Of a DNA stretch of 64,000 nt, positions 1 to 9,124 are shown piece after piece. Positions within the stretch are counted from its first letter, which is position 1; each line of letters begins with the position of its first letter. The position numbers were made by a program, and so were the translations under genes. The stretch comes from Candidatus Uhrbacteria bacterium GW2011_GWE2_46_68 (GTDB lineage Bacteria > Patescibacteriota > Patescibacteriia > UBA9934 > GWF2-40-263), in the NCBI GenBank assembly GCA_001002765.1, contig LCMS01000002.1, positions 1,454 to 65,453 of the forward strand, given 5' to 3'. The notes beneath the pieces are model-generated. The model was given only the letters and a program-made list of their open reading frames with translations, did not search any database and was not told the origin of the DNA.

Positions 1-240
1 GTGAGCGCACCCACTCAAAAAAATCAACGCAAAAAACCAAAGGTTTTTCATGACTTCTCCTGTTTTTCCGGTTTGGTTGGAAAGGGCAAGAAAGAGAACA
101 ATGATTGCGCTCTTTCTCACACTTTTCAAGGATAAAACATTGGTTCAAAACCGCATGTTTTGCCCAGTTTTGAACGAGTAAATATAGCACAAAAAGGCCG
201 TTTTGTCAACGCTTCCATGCATTTTTGAAATATGGTGATG

Positions 241-272
241 GGTCGGTAGGGGCAAGCGGCCGTTCGCCCCTA
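241..272. repeat. GC-rich near-perfect palindrome GTAGGGGCAAGCGGCCGTTCGCCCCTAC (copy 1 of 3; arms slightly imperfect)
   Basis: Read directly. Same palindrome recurs at 53586-53613 and 54458-54485. Confidence 0.8.
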
Positions 273-379
273 CATGAGTCGATTATGATTGACAAAATCG
301 CCAAAAATTGATACAAAACCACGTCTTCTGTGCGCGGAAACCCCGCGTAAAGAAGCTTGAAAAAGCTCTTTCCAACACC

Positions 380-432
380 ACAACAAGTCACCACCCCATC
401 CCCCTTCGTTCCGCCAACGGCGGGACTTCGGG
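380..432 (+). repeat. Structured repeat copy A (ATCCCCC-TTCG-TTCCGCC-AAC-GGCGGGAC-TTCG-GGGGGAT), in the 5' leader of the CDS starting at 464
   Basis: Shares its core with 19028-19080 and 27744-27800. Outer and inner stems are maintained by compensatory changes. A possible -35/-10 promoter (TTGACA at 286-291) lies upstream. Confidence 0.7.
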
Positions 433-463
433 GGATAAACCACCGCGCACGGAGAAAATCACC

Positions 464-2935
464 ATGTCTATTTTTGACCTTCACAAAGTACTGACCGAGT
501 CAGGTGGACTCCTCATTGGAGAAAGCGTGGAAATGGCCGCCACTGATGTGGCCGAAGCCCTTCCTGGAAAAGAGCTTGTCAAACAGCTCCTCAAGAGGAT
601 TCCAGGGGCAAGGCCTCTTGCCGCTCATGCGGCTAATCCACTTTTTTTCAAAGGCCTTGGTATTGCCATGGCCGCGGTTTTGCCCGCAATGGCAGACCAG
701 GTGCTTCCAGGAAACAACAATGCCAATGTGGCCAGAGCTCGCGATATCATCAAAAAGCTCGGACCACACCTGTCGATCGGCTTTGGCCACGGTATCGCCA
801 ATCAGTTCGAGTATGAGCGGGCTGTTGAACAGGCCATTGATGATGCGGATGCTGATCGCCTTCCCGCGATTGTGACTGCAACCGACGGTTCTGCCCCGGT
901 TATGGTTGCCTGGAGTCCGGAGCTTGAGGGGTATCATCCCTCCATGCCCAATGATTCCAAGGATCCTGACGCGGTCAAAAAGGAACCCTATGTAGTCTTG
1001 TGCTCCACCTATCAGAGAATGAAGCAGCGCCTGGGCGCCGGATTCAAGGAAGTTTTCATGACCAAGGATGACGCCGAACTTCGCGGGTTTCGTCCCGCCG
1101 GCTGTTGTCAGGTCACGATTTCCGCAATCGAGGCTGGAAAGAAAAAGGGGAAACCCGGATTTTTCGAAGCAATCGGTGAAGAGGGTCGTGCGCTTACCCG
1201 CGCGTTTGTGAGGACTGCGATTTTCAAGGATCCCACAGGCAAGCAAGTCGGCATTGATTTTGGCAAAGAGATTTTGCCCCACATGCCCCCCGAGCATTGG
1301 GCATACCTTGGAAACCATATCAAGGCAGACCCTGTTACCGGCCTTCTGTCGGATGAAGATTATGATGAGGTCGTAGGCCATATTCGAGTCTTCGGAAAGG
1401 GGACTTTGGAATTTGGCACCAAGATCCTTCTGGCGCTTCAATGGGCATATCGGCAACTCAATGCACACCCGAAGATTGCCAAGGCAGGAAAGATTGCAGG
1501 CATTATCGTTATTGTCTTGACCATTATTTTCGGCATCTTCGCAGTCTTTGCTGGGATCGCGACAGTCGTTGGGTCGATCGTCCTCTACCTCGTGGCCTCC
1601 TTGGCCGCGCATGGTGGTTGGGCGGTTGGTCTTATGGCGCTTGCAATCGGGTTGCTCTTTTTGTGTCGGATTCCCCTGGCCTCCAGTCAGGCAATGACCA
1701 ATTGGATCGCGAAGTGGATCCCCGGTGAACAAAAGACCGTGACCTGGATGAAGCAGGTTGCCGATGAGGCGTTTGCATTTTTCGCAACGTCGTCGTGGTT
1801 TTTCTTCTGGCTCGTGATTTTTGATGCCGGATTTGTCGCGCGCATTTCGATGTGGTTCCTGTATTTTTTGACCTGGGCCGGACTTCACTACGCAAACAAG
1901 AGCTTCAACTTCTCTTGGGTGCGTGATGTGGAATTCGCCAGGGCAAAGATTTTCCAAGTTCTCACTATGGCGCAGATCGCCCTTATCTTCTTGCTCACAC
2001 TTGCGGGCTGGCCGGAGATTCCCACCACAGACCTCACGATTGAAAGTCGCACGGTTTCATTGACCAAGTCAGATGGGACGGTTTACAGCCCCACCGCGTC
2101 ACTGATTCCTACTCCCCAGGGGACGTATTTCCTGGCCGAGGACGTGATGGGTCAATCCAAGGCCATCCAGATGGCACAGACAAATGGTTTGATCACCCTC
2201 GATTCCGGAGCGCGTTTCGATCTGCCTGGTTATCAGCTTAAGGAAGAGGATCTGGGAAACGGGAAGGTGACCTACAAGGTTGCCACAGCTCCCAAGATTT
2301 TTTTCTGGGAGTGGATGCCGCATTGGATCGGGTATGGGCCGCAAGAGTTGGGAAGTAACGAGGAAATCATTGCGCGTGTTCTCGAGATTGACGCTGCTCG
2401 ACAGCTTACCTTGGCTTCGGCTGAGGGGCTTTTGGCCGCAGAAGTGGATCCCGCACTCCAAGACGCCAAGGCTTACTACCTTGATCATGCCAAGCATAAG
2501 GATCGTGTGTGGCGGTGGGTGGGGACTTTCCTGCTCCTGCCCCTGACCTTTATCGGGTATTGGTTCTTGCGAAAGACCGAGGTGGTCGAGAGCAAGTTTG
2601 GAAACTCGGTTGCGGTGAGCAATCAGCCCAACAATATCGGTCGCAGTCTTCTCTTCGTTGTTCCACTTATGGCCATGTTCGGTCTGTGGAGTGGTCCGGC
2701 AAGCGAAGCGGGATGTCATGGATGTGGTGGTTGCAGTTGTGTACATCATCCAACCGCTTCTCACGGTTGCGGGTGTAGCGGATGTTCCTTGCCTATGCCA
2801 AACACCTCGTCTTCCCAAAAGTCAAAAGCTAAGGGGAGTGAGGAGACGTCTGATACAGAGAACGAAGATTTCAAGCGGCTTTGCCGCGAGTCGACGCCAG
2901 AGGGTCGACAGACTCTCGGTTGCCCAAATCCTTAG
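464..2935 (+). CDS. Large polytopic membrane protein of unknown function with a Cys/His-rich C-terminal tail (CHGCGGCSCVHH...HGCGCSGCS)
   Basis: ORF 308..2935. Start moved to the ATG at 464, which has a GGAGA RBS, because the upstream codons translate the repeat element. About 8 hydrophobic helices sit in the middle. No family recognised. Confidence 0.5.
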   Translation: MSIFDLHKVLTESGGLLIGESVEMAATDVAEALPGKELVKQLLKRIPGARPLAAHAANPLFFKGLGIAMAAVLPAMADQVLPGNNNANVARARDIIKKLGPHLSIGFGHGIANQFEYERAVEQAIDDADADRLPAIVTATDGSAPVMVAWSPELEGYHPSMPNDSKDPDAVKKEPYVVLCSTYQRMKQRLGAGFKEVFMTKDDAELRGFRPAGCCQVTISAIEAGKKKGKPGFFEAIGEEGRALTRAFVRTAIFKDPTGKQVGIDFGKEILPHMPPEHWAYLGNHIKADPVTGLLSDEDYDEVVGHIRVFGKGTLEFGTKILLALQWAYRQLNAHPKIAKAGKIAGIIVIVLTIIFGIFAVFAGIATVVGSIVLYLVASLAAHGGWAVGLMALAIGLLFLCRIPLASSQAMTNWIAKWIPGEQKTVTWMKQVADEAFAFFATSSWFFFWLVIFDAGFVARISMWFLYFLTWAGLHYANKSFNFSWVRDVEFARAKIFQVLTMAQIALIFLLTLAGWPEIPTTDLTIESRTVSLTKSDGTVYSPTASLIPTPQGTYFLAEDVMGQSKAIQMAQTNGLITLDSGARFDLPGYQLKEEDLGNGKVTYKVATAPKIFFWEWMPHWIGYGPQELGSNEEIIARVLEIDAARQLTLASAEGLLAAEVDPALQDAKAYYLDHAKHKDRVWRWVGTFLLLPLTFIGYWFLRKTEVVESKFGNSVAVSNQPNNIGRSLLFVVPLMAMFGLWSGPASEAGCHGCGGCSCVHHPTASHGCGCSGCSLPMPNTSSSQKSKAKGSEETSDTENEDFKRLCRESTPEGRQTLGCPNP

Positions 2936-3029
2936 GTTAGGGAGCCAACGAGCCTCGTGCATGCACGGGGCTTTTCTTTTTGGAAAACAAAACCACCGCG
3001 ATTGCTCGCGGCGGCTTTCACAATTGGAT

Positions 3030-3365
3030 TTACCAGTTGCTATTGTTGCTTTGCTGATAACCTCCACCACTGGAGCGGCGGTTGTTGTAACCACCACTGG
3101 AGCGAGGGGGACGATCAGCCATGGGGCGGGCTTCATTGACAGTGATGGCGCGGCCATCAACCATTTTTCCGTTCATGCCGTCAATGGCTGCTTGCGCTTC
3201 CTCATCGGTAGACATTTCCACAAAGCCGAAGCCTTTGGAACGTCCAGACATCTTGTCCACGATAACCGTGGCCGAGACGATAGAACCGAAGGCAGAAAAC
3301 GCTTCACGCAAACTCTCTTCCGTTGTGTCGTAAGAGAGGTTTCCGCAATATAACTTCTTTGCCAT
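3030..3365 (-). CDS. RRM-type RNA-binding protein with a glycine/arginine-rich tail
   Basis: Has the RNP1-like KGFGFVEM motif and the RNP2-like LYCGNLSY motif. The C-terminus is RSSGGGY-rich. Confidence 0.85.
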   Translation of the reverse strand: MAKKLYCGNLSYDTTEESLREAFSAFGSIVSATVIVDKMSGRSKGFGFVEMSTDEEAQAAIDGMNGKMVDGRAITVNEARPMADRPPRSSGGYNNRRSSGGGYQQSNNSNW

Positions 3366-3505
3366 AGATCTCTAATGTGAGTTTTATAAAAGGTGAGTTC
3401 GACCTTTTCTTTCCTGCTTCACATAAGTAACTATGGAGAGAGAAAAAGAAAAACACTCGTGAGCAAGGATAGCAGATTTTATGGGAAAAAGCAAGGGGTA
3501 AGGCC

Positions 3506-3919
3506 TCATTTGTTCATTTTTGAGAGCAAAAAGGCGCTTACTAGGGCCTGGAGGAGAATTGTAAAGCTCCAACTCGCGATCATGATAAGGGAAAGAGGAA
3601 AGCTGCTGTAGGACATGATCATGCCGGGAATCGTGAGAACCCAATAGCCAAGACCAAAAAGAATCCAAGGGCGATGACACTTACAAACCTGGAAACAAGG
3701 TTTTGTTTTGTTCCAAACCCAAGCGAGGATAACGCCAAGCACAAAAGGTTCGACAAACATAAGAGACATGAGCGGATCGGACCAAGGGCGGAAAATTCCG
3801 GATGTCTCATATTCGGCCATAAGGGAGGGAAGGAGGACGCCGGTTAGTGCATTAAGGATGAGACTAACGATGACCATAGCAAGACCTGCCAAGAGTCCTG
3901 GAAGAAGGATGTGTTTCAT
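3506..3919 (-). CDS. Small integral membrane protein (about 137 aa), unknown function
   Basis: Start trimmed to the ATG at 3919 (MKHILLPGLLAG...). Four predicted TM helices. Confidence 0.45.
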   Translation of the reverse strand: MKHILLPGLLAGLAMVIVSLILNALTGVLLPSLMAEYETSGIFRPWSDPLMSLMFVEPFVLGVILAWVWNKTKPCFQVCKCHRPWILFGLGYWVLTIPGMIMSYSSFPLSLIMIASWSFTILLQALVSAFLLSKMNK

Positions 3920-3938
3920 AAAAAAGTTTAAGAATAAC

Positions 3939-4979
3939 TTATGTGAGTGAAAGAGCGTCTTCCACTGCTTTACGGAGAGAAAGAAGATGTTGACGCTGCG
4001 TGGAGTTTTTTTGATTCGTAATATTTTCAAAAAAACATCGTACAGAATCTTTTTCCAAATCCGTTTCATTTGCCAATCGATGTATAAGTGTGTGCACGTC
4101 CTCTGCATCTTTTTTTGTTTTAAGTAGTGCGGCAATTTCAGGATCAGCGGAAAAAATTTGATACAGCGTTTCGCCGGTCATTCCTTTTTTTATCTGTGGC
4201 GCCACACGCCGCACCACGAACTCTGTGCGCTGTTTTATCGCTTCCTCTTCTTTACATAATATCTCTTCAATAGTATCCATGTCTTCCAAAGTCAGCGTTC
4301 CTGTCGCAGCCAATTCTTGCAAATCCACAAGATCATAAGGACGCCCGCAGTGCAATTTGAAGTAAGCGACTTTTGCCGGATGAGATAAGAAAATTTTTTT
4401 TCCTCGATACAGAAAGGGTCTCGGTGTATACCAAGATTCCGGAAGTTCCACTTGTTGATACCCCAAAGGTTTTCCCTCCGCGTTTCTTTTGACCAAATGG
4501 ACATCAATAAAATTCAGCGGATGATCAAATCGGATGTTTCCATTTTTGTCGATCGCCACTAAAGAACGATCTTTCTCTGATTCACGAATCTCACCGGCTG
4601 TTGCCCAGACCATTCCTTTTTTATTTGGATCCTCGTGTCCTACGGTTAGAAAAAATGCATAGCCTTGTGTATAAAGATGTTTTTCCAGATCTTCCAAATC
4701 CTCGGGTTCCACAAACAAATCCACATCTTTATGGACACCGATATAGTCTCCCTTGAGAAGGGAGATATTAAGAGCGCCATCCAGTTGCCAGCGTACAGAC
4801 GTGCCGGATAGGAGGTCGCTTAATTGATCTAGTTTTGTGTCCATCTCTTTGCGATCTTCCGGTGTAGGAATACGTCGTTTTTCAAAAGCTCCTTGTGCTT
4901 CATCGTGAAAAGCAGGCCGTTCTTGTTGGCGTTTTTGCGTTCGTAAATCTTGGAGGGGGATTGGAGAGCCTTCTCTCAT
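3939..4979 (-). CDS. Nucleotidyltransferase-fold protein resembling the Lnu(A)/ANT(2'') lincosamide/aminoglycoside nucleotidyltransferase family
   Basis: The motif WQLDGALNISLLKGDYIGVHKDVDLFV matches the W-LDGGW...G....H.DIDL signature of LnuA/ANT(2''). The ATGA start overlaps the stop of the downstream S51 peptidase gene. Confidence 0.5.
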   Translation of the reverse strand: MREGSPIPLQDLRTQKRQQERPAFHDEAQGAFEKRRIPTPEDRKEMDTKLDQLSDLLSGTSVRWQLDGALNISLLKGDYIGVHKDVDLFVEPEDLEDLEKHLYTQGYAFFLTVGHEDPNKKGMVWATAGEIRESEKDRSLVAIDKNGNIRFDHPLNFIDVHLVKRNAEGKPLGYQQVELPESWYTPRPFLYRGKKIFLSHPAKVAYFKLHCGRPYDLVDLQELAATGTLTLEDMDTIEEILCKEEEAIKQRTEFVVRRVAPQIKKGMTGETLYQIFSADPEIAALLKTKKDAEDVHTLIHRLANETDLEKDSVRCFFENITNQKNSTQRQHLLSLRKAVEDALSLT

Positions 4980-5590
4980 AGAGATGAAGAAATAAGGGTT
5001 TGTTTTTCACCTGTGATCAATAGTGCCTGGCCATCTGCAACAGGGAGGACGGGGTAGGAAACTTTTTTGCAAAATGACTCGACTTCATTTTTTTGTTCTG
5101 GCTTGTAATGAGGAAAGATCGCGGTATCCGTAAGATGAAAACCTTTCAAATTTTTTAGTTGACGTTCGTTCATATCCCCCTCACTTCCCCAACCGGCAAT
5201 TTCGATATCCGGTCCGGCAATAATACTTCCCGCACTGATGCCGACATATATGGATCGATCTGCCAAGATCGCTTGTTCGATGACCTGATCCATCCCCGTC
5301 TTTTGCAATCGATCCAGATAGAGAAACGTATTTCCTCCACACACACAGAGAACATCTGCAGAAATTTGTGGCGGAATTTTTTCTTCAAGAAGATTGTAGA
5401 CAGAAATTTTTTCTATGCCCATGGATTGCAGTTCTTCCCTATCCATATCAATCCAACGCTGTTCCTCAGGAGATTGAACACAGACGATCAAGAAAACCGA
5501 ACATTCTTGTGGAGGTTTGACGAGTAGGGAGAGAAAGGTTTGTTTGATCGCGTCAGTCGACCAACCATCTGAGGTCAAAAGAAGTTTCAT
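4976..5590 (-). CDS. Peptidase S51 (dipeptidase E/cyanophycinase-like) family protein
   Basis: The motifs GGNTF and GISAGSII match the S51/class-I glutamine-amidotransferase-like fold. Start trimmed to MKLLLTSDG at 5590. Confidence 0.6.
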   Translation of the reverse strand: MKLLLTSDGWSTDAIKQTFLSLLVKPPQECSVFLIVCVQSPEEQRWIDMDREELQSMGIEKISVYNLLEEKIPPQISADVLCVCGGNTFLYLDRLQKTGMDQVIEQAILADRSIYVGISAGSIIAGPDIEIAGWGSEGDMNERQLKNLKGFHLTDTAIFPHYKPEQKNEVESFCKKVSYPVLPVADGQALLITGEKQTLISSSL

Positions 5591-5648
5591 AGTGTGAGAA
5601 CTATAGCGTAACAAAAACACTCTGGACGAGCCAGAGCGTTTTATTTTT

Positions 5649-6047
5649 TTATTCCGTTGTTTGTTCGTCAAACTCCGCTTCATTCGCCATAGCTTCTTCC
5701 TTGGTCGCGCGGACAATACCATCTTTGTGATGGGCAGGAGAATAGATCGTATAGAGTTTAAGATCCTCGGTTTTGGAAACATTGATGACATTGTGCGTGG
5801 CTCCCGCAGGGACAATGACAGCCGATCCATCAATGACATCATAGCTATTTTCATCAATGATACATTGCCCTCGCCCATGTTCGAAACGAAAAAATTGATC
5901 GTTATCGGTATGTACTTCCATACCGATTTCCTCCCCGGGTTTGAGGCTCATAAGAACTAGTTGGCAGTGTTTGCCTGTGTAGAGTACTTTGCGGAAATTA
6001 TTGTTGGATAATGTATCTTGCTCGATATTTGCATGGAAACCTTTCAT
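5649..6047 (-). CDS. Cupin domain protein
   Basis: Cupin motifs G(X)5HXH-like (EIGMEVHTDNDQFFRFEHGRG) and PAGATHNVIN. Confidence 0.6.
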   Translation of the reverse strand: MKGFHANIEQDTLSNNNFRKVLYTGKHCQLVLMSLKPGEEIGMEVHTDNDQFFRFEHGRGQCIIDENSYDVIDGSAVIVPAGATHNVINVSKTEDLKLYTIYSPAHHKDGIVRATKEEAMANEAEFDEQTTE

Positions 6048-6095
6048 AGATTTTGGCGATTATGTTTTCTTTCCCTCCATGTTACTCTATCTTAT

Positions 6096-6518
6096 ATGAA
6101 CATCACACTCGGCATATGTGAGAAAAATTTTTTGGAAACACTTGAAGGACATGAGGAAATACTGTTTTCCGATAAGGGGAAGTATCATGCTATTTTTTGT
6201 GATCACAAAAAAGTGGGGGTCGTTGGTTTTATCCCCGTCGTGTTCCCGAAGTGCACAGGGTTCGTGCAGATCGTTATCGATCCCAAAAGTCGAGGGAAGG
6301 GGATGGCAGAGATTGCGGAAGATTTACTTGCGCAAAAATATCATCTACGCGCCCTGTATGCCACAATTAAAATAGATAACCTCGCTTCCATCCGAGCTCA
6401 TCGTAAAGCGGGATTTACAATGATAGACGAAAAAAGGCTGGAAGTATTAAGAGATCAGGGTTTGTTGGGCGAAAATGAAATAAGGATGGAGAAAGAATAC
6501 AAAATTTTCACAGAATAA
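6096..6518 (+). CDS. GNAT family N-acetyltransferase
   Basis: Acetyl-CoA-binding motif VIDPKSRGKGMAEIA with GFTMIDE at the C-terminus. Start at MNITLG (6096). A bidirectional terminator hairpin lies at 6520-6550. Confidence 0.6.
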   Translation: MNITLGICEKNFLETLEGHEEILFSDKGKYHAIFCDHKKVGVVGFIPVVFPKCTGFVQIVIDPKSRGKGMAEIAEDLLAQKYHLRALYATIKIDNLASIRAHRKAGFTMIDEKRLEVLRDQGLLGENEIRMEKEYKIFTE

Positions 6519-6559
6519 TAAAAACTCCAGGCGAACTGGAGTTTTGTGTGCAAGCTCGT

Positions 6560-7078
6560 TTATTTTGTAAGTTGCCAAGATCGAATGCGTCCGAAATAAT
6601 TTGATGTGACAGAGATGAATTGTGTTTGATCATAAATGTCTTTCACACGCTCGCTAAATGTCTGATCAGCGTTGCAAAAATCAGAGCTGTACCAAGTGTC
6701 CACGACGTTTCCTTCTGCATTGAGCGCGTTCATACGACTTCCTTCATAGCCGACTATTGGAAAAAGGAGAGTTGATATATCCCCGTTTACATTTTTTACT
6801 TTTACCGAACCCGGGAATATTTGTGATCCTGGATTGCAGGATCCGTTTATAACAAGTACTTGTTCCACTTTCGTTGTAAAAGACATCCAGACAAAAATTC
6901 CACACAAGAGAAAGAAAACAACAACTCCACAATCGATGAGTTTTCGCATTTTTGGTTTATGTTGACGAAGCTTTAAGACCCAAAAAACAATAAGAGCTAT
7001 TACGATGATAGTGATAGCTCCCACAACCCCGATGAGGATGGGCCAAGGATTGTTGGCCACAAGGAGTCCGGTTTGCAT
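6560..7078 (-). CDS. Membrane-anchored hypothetical protein
   Basis: ORF with one or two N-terminal TM helices and no recognisable domain. Confidence 0.35.
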   Translation of the reverse strand: MQTGLLVANNPWPILIGVVGAITIIVIALIVFWVLKLRQHKPKMRKLIDCGVVVFFLLCGIFVWMSFTTKVEQVLVINGSCNPGSQIFPGSVKVKNVNGDISTLLFPIVGYEGSRMNALNAEGNVVDTWYSSDFCNADQTFSERVKDIYDQTQFISVTSNYFGRIRSWQLTK

Positions 7079-7155
7079 AGGAGGATATATTTTATTTGTT
7101 CGTACTAATGATACTCATCTTAGCCTGTATGGCTTCCGATTCCGATTTTCAATTT

Positions 7156-7245
7156 TGGCGGAGAGGGAGGGATTCGAACCCTCGATACCCTTTCGGATAT
7201 ACATGATTTCGAGTCATGCGCTTTCGACCACTCAGCCACCTCTCC
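7156..7245 (-). tRNA. tRNA-Ser (anticodon CGA)
   Basis: Cloverleaf read by hand: acceptor GGAGAGG/CCTCTCC, anticodon loop CTCGAAA, long variable arm, T-loop TTCGAAT, CCA encoded. Confidence 0.8.
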
Positions 7246-7258
7246 ACGCGTCAAAATA

Positions 7259-7906
7259 TCATTGCCCACCTTCACCGTCAACGAAATTTTTTTGCGCACC
7301 CTGCGAGGCGATGGATCGCGCCATGGCGATCATCTCCCCTTTCGTCATTTTTTCGCCATCAGATGCAATCGTCACCACCACCTCTCCTGCCTCAAACAAC
7401 ATTACTTCTGAAAACGGACAGACTCCTGGGAATCCTTCCACATTTATTTCACACAAAGGGAGAACTCCATGCATGGGAAAGAGATAGGCGATTTTTTCCT
7501 CCACCATTACCTCATCCACATTGGTCGTCAGATATTTTGCCCGCTCCTCACCGAGTGTTGTGTTTGGGGTAAAAGTGATCTGTCCTGTGCGCCAATTTTC
7601 TTTTGTAAAGACCGCGATGACGGTTCCATCAAGATAGATGCCAATCACAAATATTTCATTCCCAAACACATCCTCGGGAAGCCAGAGGGCTGTATCAGTT
7701 TTTGCCAGGGCTTCTTCCCACGATGAGGTTTGAATCACCCCATCTTCTTGCAACAAAAGAGGGATGGGAGAGTCAGGGATCATCCATTGGACTAAGCGAA
7801 TAATGACCGCGGTAAAACAAACAAACGCAAGAAGGACAAGGAAAAATTTTACGCTTCCTTCACGCGTGGTCGGATGATGACGCAAGATGCGGTTTAGAAT
7901 CATAAG
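7259..7906 (-). CDS. Hypothetical protein with an N-terminal TM segment
   Basis: ORF 7259..7984. The 5' end overlaps the upstream gene, so the start is uncertain. No domain recognised. Confidence 0.3.
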   Translation of the reverse strand, partial: LMILNRILRHHPTTREGSVKFFLVLLAFVCFTAVIIRLVQWMIPDSPIPLLLQEDGVIQTSSWEEALAKTDTALWLPEDVFGNEIFVIGIYLDGTVIAVFTKENWRTGQITFTPNTTLGEERAKYLTTNVDEVMVEEKIAYLFPMHGVLPLCEINVEGFPGVCPFSEVMLFEAGEVVVTIASDGEKMTKGEMIAMARSIASQGAQKNFVDGEGGQ

Positions 7907-9122
7907 AAAAAAGAAGAAGAGCAAAGAACATCCAAACAAGAACAGAAAGATCGTTTTTGAAATAAGGAACATCCACAAGACCATGAATCAGCATTTCAAA
8001 AAAGATGGCGAGACACAGGATTCCAACCCAAGAATGACGTACGCGAGGAATGGCACGGATCAAAAGATATCCAAGATACAAAAGAAGGATTATTCCCAAT
8101 ATTCCAAGCTCTACCCAAGTATTAAAAATGATATGGTGCGGGTATTGAAAAATTTCGATGTAGGTATGCGTGTGATAGGGAACAAGCGCTGTGGGATATC
8201 CTGCAAGTCCTGCACCGACGATCGGGTGATCTTTGAGAAGCTCCCACGTTTCTTCCCATTGTGTCAGTCGGACAGATCCGGAATAGTCTTGTAAGGTCAG
8301 TTTTTGAAAAATAAAAGTGCGCGCCGATGGAATGAGAACGATTGGAATGATCACAAGGACTGCAAGGGGAAGAGAAATTTTTCGCCAAAATTTTGATGCA
8401 AGAGAGAGAAGAAAGAGTGTGATAGTGACTGCAAGAATCGCTGCTTCGCTTTGCGCAAGAATAATGGCCACCCCACTTAAAAACGCAGCGACCATCCAGA
8501 AAACAAATTGTTTTTTGTTTTGTGATTGCCATGCTTGTCTTCCGGCAAAGATTCCCATAAGAATAAGGGGGCCAAGATATAATCCCACCGCATTAGGATA
8601 AGGGAAAAAACTTGTGACACGTCGCTCGATATCCCAAGGCACGGGAATACCAATTTGGAACATCCACTGCACGATCGCAAAAAGGGCGGTGAGGAGTGCC
8701 CCACACCCCAAAGCCACAAAAAGAGAAGAAAGATTTTTTTGATCGCGCACAAGAACGCGAACAAGAAAGAACAGGATGATCGGTTCCACAAAATACGCCT
8801 TCCAAACTCCAAACCCGGCAAGCACATTTGGTGCGGGTAAAAGAGCAATCGTTGCGGTAACGAGAGATCCGATCGTAAAAATTTTCCATGGCAAAGGAAG
8901 GGTTTTCCACGCATGCAAAAATGAATGCGGTTGTTTTGTGAGTGCCACGATTGCGAGGATCAGGATCATTCCTTCCAAAAATGTCATGGGGATCTTGAGA
9001 ATATCAAAACGCAAAAGATAGGTAGGAAGTCCAAAGGCGATCAAACACAATCCGTATTTTGGTTCGCGCCAACAGATGAAGGTGAAAAAAATGAAGAGGA
9101 GCCCAAGAAGAAATGGATACAT
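7860..9122 (-). CDS. Polytopic membrane protein, O-antigen ligase/polymerase (Wzy/WaaL)-like
   Basis: More than 10 TM helices with a large periplasmic loop. Adjacent to a Wzx-like flippase. Assignment is by topology and context only. Confidence 0.4.
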   Translation of the reverse strand: MYPFLLGLLFIFFTFICWREPKYGLCLIAFGLPTYLLRFDILKIPMTFLEGMILILAIVALTKQPHSFLHAWKTLPLPWKIFTIGSLVTATIALLPAPNVLAGFGVWKAYFVEPIILFFLVRVLVRDQKNLSSLFVALGCGALLTALFAIVQWMFQIGIPVPWDIERRVTSFFPYPNAVGLYLGPLILMGIFAGRQAWQSQNKKQFVFWMVAAFLSGVAIILAQSEAAILAVTITLFLLSLASKFWRKISLPLAVLVIIPIVLIPSARTFIFQKLTLQDYSGSVRLTQWEETWELLKDHPIVGAGLAGYPTALVPYHTHTYIEIFQYPHHIIFNTWVELGILGIILLLYLGYLLIRAIPRVRHSWVGILCLAIFFEMLIHGLVDVPYFKNDLSVLVWMFFALLLFSYDSKPHLASSSDHA

Positions 9123-9124
9123 AT

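Noticed and set aside
206-484. Minus-strand ORFs 206..484, 18914..19255 and the N-terminal extension of 27112..27795 all contain the peptide SPA(V/D)GGTK(G/E)D(G/S)ETV
   Set aside because: The shared peptide is the translation of the repeated structured DNA element, not a conserved protein. The ORFs are otherwise unsupported.
500-1957. 485-aa antisense ORF inside the large membrane-protein gene
   Set aside because: It is fully embedded antisense to a better-supported CDS. The composition is Arg/Gly/Pro-rich and typical of antisense frames in GC-richer coding DNA.
2658-3353. 231-aa + strand ORF overlapping the RRM gene
   Set aside because: It is antisense to the clearly recognisable RRM protein gene and has no RBS or domain.
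7005-7572. ORFs 7005..7487 and 7216..7572
   Set aside because: They run through tRNA-Ser and the 3' end of a minus-strand gene, and are low-complexity Pro/Ser-rich.
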